The translations under genes and the position numbers were made by a program. Positions 57,495 to 64,000 of a stretch of 64,000 bases of DNA are shown piece after piece. The DNA is taken from assembly GCA_018060545.1 (NCBI GenBank), contig JAGOVW010000003.1:343-64342 (forward strand). Reading direction: 5' to 3'. Source of the stretch: Minisyncoccota bacterium. Its GTDB lineage: Bacteria > Patescibacteriota > Minisyncoccia > Phycocordibacterales > UBA2100. Positions within the stretch are counted from its first letter, which is position 1. Every line of letters starts with the position of its first letter. The notes under the pieces are model-generated. The model worked only from the letters and a program-made list of their open reading frames with translations. It did no database searches and was not told where the DNA came from.

Positions 57495-58189
57495 TTCTTG
57501 GTTCCTTCCGTTCTTAGTACCGGGCGTTGTTGCCCACTCTTGATGTCGAAATACAGTTCACTGTACACGACACCAATTTCTGTGATGACGTAGAACGCGT
57601 TCGCCATATTGGCGGCCGCGGTGAGATTCGCAAATGCCAACTGTGGCGTCCCCAGGGCCGAGCGCTCTTCGCAACTTAGCTCGTCGGGATTCCGATCAGT
57701 GGGCTTCTGAATCTCGGGGTGCAGGTAGGTCAACGGCGGAGTCACGTTCTTCTTTCCCCGACGAATATACACCTGCACGTTGCCGTCGTCGAAGCCGTTA
57801 CCGCCCGAAATGAGGGTCCCGTCTTTGAGTGTGGCGCAGTGGTCGGAGAGCAGCTTTCGCGTCGCGTGGTTATCAACGCACGAGAACACCACACTCCCTT
57901 CCGGAATCAGCACGAATGCATTGTCGTCGGTGATGAACCGCGGCTTTGCATCCACCTGCAATTCCGGTAGTAGTCGCTTCAGGCGGGCTGCAGTTACTTC
58001 TGCCTTGTTACCCAACGCGTCAAATTCTTGGCGCGCTTCATTCTTTGGCTCGTACTGATCTCCATCCACGAGCACGAGCTGTGCCTGCGGAAATGATTGG
58101 CGCAGATAGCGCGCCAGTGGCGGCGCCAGGTGCGTGCCAATACCTCCGAGGCCAACGATAACAACACGGCGAATGTCAGGTTTCTTCAT
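57491..58189 (-). CDS. E1-like ThiF/MoeB-family adenylyltransferase (232 aa, minimal E1 without rhodanese or Zn extension)
   Basis: RVVIVGLGGIGTHLAPPLARYL (GxGxxG), LVLVDGDQYEPKNEARQ (the 'D.D.ve.sNlnRQ'), KAEVTAARLKRLLPELQV, SCVDNHATR (the 'DN...R'). SD AGAGGAG 7 nt upstream. Confidence 0.75.
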   Translation of the reverse strand: MKKPDIRRVVIVGLGGIGTHLAPPLARYLRQSFPQAQLVLVDGDQYEPKNEARQEFDALGNKAEVTAARLKRLLPELQVDAKPRFITDDNAFVLIPEGSVVFSCVDNHATRKLLSDHCATLKDGTLISGGNGFDDGNVQVYIRRGKKNVTPPLTYLHPEIQKPTDRNPDELSCEERSALGTPQLAFANLTAAANMANAFYVITEIGVVYSELYFDIKSGQQRPVLRTEGTKK

Positions 58190-58916
58190 GGAGTACTCCT
58201 CTTGTTGGCGACGATGCTTGTGGTAGCCGAGCAGAACTTGAATGAGTCACATTGTTCACCCATGATTCGGGAACTTCCCAATCCATAAGTGCGGGAGCGT
58301 CGCTGTGAAAGCTGTACGCCCCTCGCCGATCTTGCCACGAGAACCGTCCGTCTTCTTGCACGCCACCCACATGGGTGTCGATGCAGAAACGATGACTGCG
58401 CACCACGAGCGACGCTTCCATGGAAAACTTCGACCGTTGGTTCAGATCACCAATGATGATATGTACCCCATCGAAATCTGCCTCGTCTGCATCATCCACC
58501 GATGAATGCCGCGCGACCAGACTTCCATGCGAATGCATGGTGCCGACGCAGCTATATCCAGGAATCCGCTCGCTCATGTCGTAGTGTACGTGCGCTGCAC
58601 TCACTATCTGCGGCGGAACAGTGCATGCCCATCCCGCAGGTCCGTGATGCAGCAACACTGCTGCTTCCGAGCGATACAGCTGATAGATGCGCCGGAAGAA
58701 TAGCAACACCTGCCCTACCACCACCGCATCAATCGGTGGCAAGAGAAGCTGTGCCTGGGGGCGTTCCCGCTCGAGTGTTGCCACATCGATGGGTACCGTC
58801 GCTGCAAGCCAGTTATTCCTGATGCGCAGAAAAACCCCGTTTGTCGCCACCACATGTGCAGTGGAAACATGGTCAGGTATCTGCACACCAGGTCGTTTCA
58901 GAAAGACCGGTAGCAT
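58176..58916 (-). CDS. JAB/JAMM (MPN+) metalloprotease, deubiquitinase-like
   Basis: JAMM motif HSHGSLVARHSSVDD (H-x-H-x7-S-x2-D) with an upstream Glu (YRSEAA). GAGGAG SD. Overlaps the E1 start by 14 nt. Confidence 0.7.
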   Translation of the reverse strand: MLPVFLKRPGVQIPDHVSTAHVVATNGVFLRIRNNWLAATVPIDVATLERERPQAQLLLPPIDAVVVGQVLLFFRRIYQLYRSEAAVLLHHGPAGWACTVPPQIVSAAHVHYDMSERIPGYSCVGTMHSHGSLVARHSSVDDADEADFDGVHIIIGDLNQRSKFSMEASLVVRSHRFCIDTHVGGVQEDGRFSWQDRRGAYSFHSDAPALMDWEVPESWVNNVTHSSSARLPQASSPTRGVLHEET

Positions 58917-58921
58917 ATGGT

Positions 58922-60376
58922 TTACTCCTCACGTCTTGGTTGTTGATCTTGCAACGCACCGCCGAGCTGATCAGCCACTGCAGAGAGCGCCGAAGCGAGC
59001 GTTTCGTTGATAGTTTCTTGCACCTGTGTTGCCGCACGTTTGCTCACTGCCGCAACGGTGTCGCTTATCTTTGCGTCGGTGCACGCTTTTTCAAGCTCAG
59101 AACGAATCAGATCGGCCATCCGTTGTGCAATGCCGGCTTCATGTAGTGCGGTGCGCATTTTCTCGTCGAATGATGCGCGTGCTGCGGCGACGCCTTTCTC
59201 GTCGCTCACAGCATTAACCACTGCCTCTCGAATCGCCAAACTTAATGCGCCAGACACATCGTGAGAGTATCGTTCGAGTCGTGACATGGCTCGCCCTGCA
59301 TTGAATGCAGTAGCTTTTGCTGGTGCTCGCGCACCAAAGCTTGCCACAGTGAACCCACTCTCAAGCCACCGAATCTTCAGGACATCGAGCGGACGCCCAG
59401 AACTCGTCGTACGCCACGTGCGCAACGAAAAGTCAGGGATCTTTCGTGCCGACGCTTCGTAGTGCGCATTCAGATGATGTGAACTAAAGCTGCTCTCCCA
59501 AAAAGATAGTTGCGCCGACACAGCGATATCTGCCGGTGCACCACGCGTTACACGTGGCGCAGGAAAGCAGAGCGCCAAGTCGGGATGCAAATCCGGAAGA
59601 GGTGGCCGATGCAAACGATCGGTTGGAAGCGCGAGCGGTTCGTTTCTGAAAAACGCGTGAAAGTTGTTGTACCTCCCGTTCTCCAGCACGAGCGCAAACA
59701 CCACATATGGAAACGAAAGCTGCACGAGCTCACGATCCCATCTAATAGTGCGTACGCGCGGCGCCTCTTCTATGAAGTAGATCGTCGTCGAGTCGCCTCG
59801 GTAGACAAAGCGAGTACCAATCGGAAGCGCGGTGACTTGTTCGTCACGCGATACCCCGGCACCTGCCTCTTTGCGGGCATACACAATCATTTGAGCGAGG
59901 CACTCTTTAATGCCCTGCTCAAACTGTTTCTGCCCAATCGTTCCCGCAGCCTCTACCATCGATCGGTGTACTGCCTGGATGGCAGCACGTCCTTCGGTAG
60001 CAAATGCTGCTGGCAATTCCTCGGTGCCCAAAACCAGCGCATCAACCTCGCGATTGAATGCGTTTCGAGCACGACCGGAACGCTGCTTTGCGCTGCGCTC
60101 CACTGCCTCTCTGATAGTGCTCTGCGCCTCTTGGCCCAGCTTTTGTAGCGCTGCAGAAACTTCCTTCGCTGCTGTTGCTGCAATACTCTTTAGTGTGAAC
60201 GACTCATGCTCCACCACAGTGATGCGGGGAAATATGAGCCAGAACCACCCACGCTGTTCGAGCGAAAATCGCCTGAAAGCGTGCTCTTTCTGCGGGTCAC
60301 GCTGAAAGATAGATTGCTTACACAACTGCAACCAAGAAAGATCTCCCGCCACGCTGTGCCTGATACGGCTAAGCAT
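58922..60376 (-). CDS. Hypothetical 484-aa protein, first gene of the Ubl/E1/JAB operon. It is a candidate E2-like or target-recognition component.
   Basis: 5 nt upstream of the JAB gene with an AGAGGAG SD. It contains ..LPDLHPDLALCFPAP.. (HPx-x3-C, reminiscent of the UBC 'HPN...C' active site), but this is unverified. Otherwise the sequence is Ala/Arg-rich and helical. Confidence 0.5.
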   Translation of the reverse strand: MLSRIRHSVAGDLSWLQLCKQSIFQRDPQKEHAFRRFSLEQRGWFWLIFPRITVVEHESFTLKSIAATAAKEVSAALQKLGQEAQSTIREAVERSAKQRSGRARNAFNREVDALVLGTEELPAAFATEGRAAIQAVHRSMVEAAGTIGQKQFEQGIKECLAQMIVYARKEAGAGVSRDEQVTALPIGTRFVYRGDSTTIYFIEEAPRVRTIRWDRELVQLSFPYVVFALVLENGRYNNFHAFFRNEPLALPTDRLHRPPLPDLHPDLALCFPAPRVTRGAPADIAVSAQLSFWESSFSSHHLNAHYEASARKIPDFSLRTWRTTSSGRPLDVLKIRWLESGFTVASFGARAPAKATAFNAGRAMSRLERYSHDVSGALSLAIREAVVNAVSDEKGVAAARASFDEKMRTALHEAGIAQRMADLIRSELEKACTDAKISDTVAAVSKRAATQVQETINETLASALSAVADQLGGALQDQQPRREE

Positions 60377-60514
60377 GTGCGTTTCTCCTCTGTACGTTAA
60401 GGTTCAATCCAGACGGTTCATACCATAAAAACAGGGGTTTGTATACACGCGCTGATTTACATTCAGCACGCACAGTGGTATCACCTCTAGGGACAACAAA
60501 GCTGGGAGTGACAC

Positions 60515-61114
60515 ATGCCCACCATCATCGCGACGCTCAAGAAAAATCCTGAAGACCACGCGCTCTTGCACGACATGTATCGCCATGTGTATCTGAATGG
60601 CGAATGCTACGCATTCGCCATTGCCCTGAACGACGGATTAGGCTGGCCAATGGTCGGCCTCATGAAAGGCGACGTCATCTGGCACGCCGGCGTTCGCGCT
60701 CCTGACGGGCGGATACACGATGTGCGCGGCTTCCTCTCTGAGGAAACATTCGCCTCGTACTTCTTGTCTCCCCCGTTTGTGCTGCGCACAATTGATGAAA
60801 CGATGATGCGCAACACACGCAAAATCGATGAGCACACCATTAGGTATGCACGCCATCTGGCTGAAACGCTGTGGCCCGAGCTGCCATGGAAAGAAACCTA
60901 CGCCATGAAAGTGCATGCGTTTGCTGAGGAGCTCGAAGCGCTCTCCAGGAAGCATGGATTCTGGATTACGGGCTCGGTACCTGCGCAGGCCCCACGCTTG
61001 TACAAAGAATGTGGCGATGAAGGCGGCTACCGAGTGTGCCCCACGAGCGATGGATTGGCATACACCGTGAGACGCTATCTGGATTTTGAGGTTGACGTGG
61101 ATGATCTCGAATAA
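60515..61114 (+). CDS. Hypothetical protein (199 aa), divergent from the Ubl operon
   Basis: ORF with GGGAG SD and a downstream terminator. Confidence 0.5.
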   Translation: MPTIIATLKKNPEDHALLHDMYRHVYLNGECYAFAIALNDGLGWPMVGLMKGDVIWHAGVRAPDGRIHDVRGFLSEETFASYFLSPPFVLRTIDETMMRNTRKIDEHTIRYARHLAETLWPELPWKETYAMKVHAFAEELEALSRKHGFWITGSVPAQAPRLYKECGDEGGYRVCPTSDGLAYTVRRYLDFEVDVDDLE

Positions 61115-61133
61115 GATCACTCACAGAAAATGG

Positions 61134-61163
61134 AACCGCCGCATTCTGCGGCGGTTTTGATTT
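61134..61163. terminator. Bidirectional Rho-independent terminator between convergent genes 60515..61114 (+) and 61171..61707 (-)
   Basis: aaccgccgc-attct-gcggcggtt followed by ttgattt on the plus strand. On the minus strand a T-rich run (ccattttctgtg) follows. Confidence 0.7.
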
Positions 61164-61170
61164 GAAAGAT

Positions 61171-61707
61171 TTAGACATTACGGTGCGGCGCCCAATGTTT
61201 CTCTGTGATAGTAGAAACCTGTGTTTGAAAGTCAGTACCTACATTAACAACTTCCAGTGGTAATTCCGCCTGAGAAAAGATATCCGCCACCAACGCATCC
61301 CTTTCTATACGATCAGCACGCTGATGCGATGATCCGTTCAGCTCTATCGCAACGATGGGTTTAAAGCTTCTGTCGCATATCAAAAAATCCACATGCTTTG
61401 GAAGTATTTTGTTTCTGCGATTATAGAATCCTACGCCATGCACGGCGTCTATAACATCTGCTATGCGCATATTCGGGAAGAGGTGATACTCGGCCGGCAG
61501 CTGTTTTCTGATTTCAAAAAAAAGTGCCTGCTCGCTGGCGTTCATCACGACAGAGCGTACCCTGTACCCTTTTGGGCGTACATGAACTTGATTAGTGGTC
61601 TTCCCCCCTCCAAAATCAACACCATCGAATCCAACAAAAATCGCGAGGTATAGAAAGAGCCCAAGGAAGAAGATCACTCCGAGACCAACGAAAATCAGAT
61701 TACTCAC
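61171..61707 (-). CDS. Membrane-anchored DUF2726/NERD-like (restriction-endonuclease-fold) protein
   Basis: N-terminal TM (LIFVGLGVIFFLGLFLYLAIFVGF). The core ..KHVDFLICDRSFKPIVAIELNGSSHQRADRIERD.. matches the DUF2726 'VDFvl.d....p..vIElDg.sH' nuclease-fold signature from memory. Confidence 0.55.
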   Translation of the reverse strand: MSNLIFVGLGVIFFLGLFLYLAIFVGFDGVDFGGGKTTNQVHVRPKGYRVRSVVMNASEQALFFEIRKQLPAEYHLFPNMRIADVIDAVHGVGFYNRRNKILPKHVDFLICDRSFKPIVAIELNGSSHQRADRIERDALVADIFSQAELPLEVVNVGTDFQTQVSTITEKHWAPHRNV

Positions 61708-61967
61708 CCACTAACTATAGCAGAGCCTTTTCTCCACTCTCGCCCCGTTGAGTTCATGAAAGATAGGTCCTACGGCTTCCCTACTTCAAATCGAAAGTCG
61801 AGAGTGACAACGTTCCACATGATTAGATTTCGCATGGGTTTAGTTTAAGGGAAAAGATGTGCTGTGACTCACCCGCCCCTACCCCATGCGAACAATCGGG
61901 GAGCTCACGTATGCCTCGCTAAGACGATGGAACCAGCGCATGCTAGGCGGTTTCGATTTCAAAAAAG

Positions 61968-63812
61968 CTAACTAATATCAACGCTCCATGCCGTGTCATA
62001 GGCGTACTGAGCGAGATCCATAGCACGCTTATCAATGAGCTCCTTATCCCATGTTCGCCCTTTGTATTGAGTGATTATACGTTTGCTGTTGCCTAAGTTT
62101 GCAAGCCACTTGCCATCCTCGTCAATTTTTGCAAACTTTTCTTCAGGGGTCGCGTCGTTAAATGAACTGTTTGAATGCATCGATATGACTAGCAAGTTCC
62201 CTATGTTGTCACCACTTTCAGGCCCGACCAAGTCTCCTTTCCTCTGAAACAGACTTCTGGGGTAAAAGTGCTCAATATTGGCACTATTTTTCTTAATATC
62301 GGAAGACGGGACATACAGAGGATAGATCTGATCCCCTTGCGATTCAGCGTTTGCCAAGCGGTCGAAAATGTAATACGTAAGAGGCTTTCCAATTTCATCA
62401 CTACTAATGCTGGAAAATTGAGAGATAAACGACTTGCGCTTGTTCCTAAGCTCAAGCAGCTTTGTCTTAAGTTTCTGTTCTTTCTCAATGAGAGTGGCAA
62501 AATCCGGGGCATCACTGAACGCTTTTGCATACTCGGCGTACAGTGTCTCAACTTGATTTCCGATATTTCCACCAATAACAGTATTAATAAAATGGAAATT
62601 TTCCAACCTTTTTATAAAACAAATAAACAACTCACCACTCGACTTCTTTCCACTAGGATTCGCCCCATCTTCTGTTGAGAATCGTTTTAGCGCTTCGAGG
62701 TAGGTATAGATCAAAGGGTAAAGTTGAGTAATCCCAAAAAGCTGGAATGCTGAGATTGAGCGAACAATTGGATTTCGCTGGTATTTCTTACCCAGCAGGT
62801 GCAGACTACCCATCTCCTCGAAGTATTTTAAAAGACTTTCGCCATGCGCAAAGGTAATGTCTTCATCCAACATCATCCTATAAAAAAACGAGAAACGTAA
62901 GAGATTTTCAACCAACTCGAGAGTACTCTTTCCTTTTACGAGAACATTCAGCTTAGGGAAAATATCCTTCCTAAGAGTTTTGCCATTAAAGGTGACAGTG
63001 TAATACTTCAACATTTGACTCAACTTGTCAGATGAATTCGCGGAAATTTGATCCCATTTTTGATCGATTTCATCATGCAATGATTCCTTGGAGTTCTGGA
63101 ATAGGAGGTTTTTGACAAGATCAGATTGAGCCAATTTGACTCCTCTAGCATTTGTTCGCTCAAAAATATCAAATGCTTCTTGTGGGTCATCTAATTTTAT
63201 CTCGGTCACAAAAATGCGCTGCAGCGAATTCAATATTTCAGCCAATTCGCTCGATGACAGACTCTTAACTTTGTCATGGAGGAAGTGAAAAACAGGTTCC
63301 ACTTTTCTCTTCATCTTCCGATATCTTCTGCCATCGAGTCCCTCAATCTTGTCGGGGATGTGACCATCCCACTTATAATCAGACATCAGGTCATACAAAG
63401 GCTTGATTCCTTTAGCAGGTGTCAATTTTTTTATTCCAGTATTTTCAGCTCTGGCAAATCGGTTCGCCACGTAGTCAATTAGGTTCGTCACATTCGAAAT
63501 TAAAAGAGGATCATCATTCAGAATTTTGGCTCGCACACGAATTGCTATGAATAGGATCTGTAAAGTGGTGATTCTCTGCTGCCCATCAATAATTGACAAG
63601 GTGTCGCCTGCGGTGCTGCTCCTAAGAAATATAAAACTACCAAAGAAAAGTGAGTCTTTACCTTTTTGATTAACCGACTCTAAATCAGCCCAGAAGTTCT
63701 CAATTTGCTCCTTCCCCCAATCATACCCACGTTGAAATCGAGGAACTTCGTATAAAACTTCTTTTTCAAACACCGATATAAGGTCGACGTTATGAGGTTC
63801 AAATTTAGCCAT
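61968..63812 (-). CDS. GmrSD-family type IV (modification-dependent) restriction endonuclease: N-terminal DUF262 (ParB-like NTPase) fused to C-terminal DUF1524 (His-Me finger nuclease)
   Basis: DUF262 motifs ..FQRGYDWGKEQ.. and IIDGQQRITTLQ (DGQQR). The C-terminal ..NIEHFYPRS.. His-Me/HNH-like motif is typical of DUF1524. 614 aa. Conspicuously AT-rich relative to neighbouring genes. Confidence 0.8.
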   Translation of the reverse strand: MAKFEPHNVDLISVFEKEVLYEVPRFQRGYDWGKEQIENFWADLESVNQKGKDSLFFGSFIFLRSSTAGDTLSIIDGQQRITTLQILFIAIRVRAKILNDDPLLISNVTNLIDYVANRFARAENTGIKKLTPAKGIKPLYDLMSDYKWDGHIPDKIEGLDGRRYRKMKRKVEPVFHFLHDKVKSLSSSELAEILNSLQRIFVTEIKLDDPQEAFDIFERTNARGVKLAQSDLVKNLLFQNSKESLHDEIDQKWDQISANSSDKLSQMLKYYTVTFNGKTLRKDIFPKLNVLVKGKSTLELVENLLRFSFFYRMMLDEDITFAHGESLLKYFEEMGSLHLLGKKYQRNPIVRSISAFQLFGITQLYPLIYTYLEALKRFSTEDGANPSGKKSSGELFICFIKRLENFHFINTVIGGNIGNQVETLYAEYAKAFSDAPDFATLIEKEQKLKTKLLELRNKRKSFISQFSSISSDEIGKPLTYYIFDRLANAESQGDQIYPLYVPSSDIKKNSANIEHFYPRSLFQRKGDLVGPESGDNIGNLLVISMHSNSSFNDATPEEKFAKIDEDGKWLANLGNSKRIITQYKGRTWDKELIDKRAMDLAQYAYDTAWSVDIS

Positions 63813-63931
63813 ATAGCAATGGTATCACCACATCGTACGGAACACATCGGCCCAGCTACGGCTTTTCGAATCCAAGCTGCAGTATGCCCCCAGCATACTG
63901 CTTCCCGCAGCAAAATCTACTGCGTATATTT

Positions 63932-64000
63932 TGCTGCCGGACTTGGATTCGAACCAAGATACCCTGCTCCAGAGGCAGGAGTCCTACCATTAGACGATCC
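63932..64000 (-). tRNA. tRNA-Gln (anticodon CUG), 5' end truncated by the window edge (~4 nt missing)
   Basis: The reverse complement reads ..GGATCGTCTAATGGTAGGAC-T-CCTGC-CTCTGGA-GCAGG-GTAT-CTTGG-TTCGAAT-CCAAG-TCCGGCA-G-CAA. It has D-loop, anticodon loop with U33-CUG, T-loop GGTTCGAATCC and acceptor 3' strand TCCGGCA. Confidence 0.6.

Noticed and set aside
56970-57593. 207-aa plus-strand ORF spanning the Ubl/E1 junction
   Set aside because: Antisense to the Ubl and E1 genes, which have family-specific motifs and SD sequences.
57234-58189. Reading the Ubl+E1 pair simply as thiamine/molybdopterin (ThiS-ThiF / MoaD-MoeB) biosynthesis genes
   Set aside because: No thiG/thiH/moaE or other biosynthetic partners are adjacent. 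Instead a JAB protease and a large unknown protein are translationally coupled in the same operon and the Ubl ends DKG rather than GG. Kept as an alternative hypothesis within the main finding rather than as the primary call.
59510-60148. 212-aa plus-strand ORF (and the 131-aa ORF 59910..60305)
   Set aside because: Antisense to the 484-aa operon-leading gene, which has a good SD and tight spacing to the JAB gene.
1-64000. CRISPR arrays, rRNA genes, transposases/integrases
   Set aside because: No short regularly spaced direct repeats with unique spacers, no rRNA-like conserved stretches and no transposase/integrase motifs were seen. The only repeats are long intragenic protein-coding repeats and terminator-like hairpins.

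Overview
The window is a gene-dense bacterial chromosomal segment of roughly 55-60% GC, almost entirely minus-strand coding. Secreted and membrane proteins, few metabolic genes and a giant surface protein suggest a small-genome, possibly CPR/Patescibacteria-like lineage, but that is speculative. (1) Positions 1-25897 are one long co-directional minus-strand array: a 6429-aa membrane-anchored giant surface protein (6608..25897) made of FN3-like and beta-helix-like repeats, two small membrane proteins, a secreted FN3 protein, a MacB/FtsX-type ABC exporter (ATPase plus permease) and the N-terminus of a second large surface protein. That last gene (1..1266, minus) runs off the window edge and is absent from the supplied ORF track. 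The giant gene contains ~2.3-kb tandem units with a 473-bp core that appears identical between two copies. (2) 26-57 kb holds housekeeping and envelope genes: Hsp20, signal peptidase I, cyclophilin, two M48/HtpX-like peptidases, an M23 peptidase, EngB, phosphoglycerate mutase, a DnaQ-like exonuclease, TspO, MGMT, VOC proteins, a vWA protein, cytochrome b5-like, rhodaneses, a NadM-Nudix plus NadV NAD-salvage pair preceded by twin palindromic operator-like sites, and a cyclopropane-fatty-acid synthase cluster. (3) The most interesting element is a tight four-gene minus-strand operon at 57234..60376: a 484-aa unknown protein, a JAB/JAMM metalloprotease, a ThiF/E1-like adenylyltransferase and an 86-aa beta-grasp Ubl ending in Gly. 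This is a candidate bacterial ubiquitin-like conjugation (anti-phage 'Bil/6E-like') system with an atypically large fourth component. Just downstream (at higher coordinates) lies an AT-rich island with a DUF2726/NERD-like nuclease and a GmrSD-type (DUF262-DUF1524) type IV restriction enzyme, which abuts a partial tRNA-Gln(CUG) at the window end. No CRISPR array, rRNA or transposase was seen.
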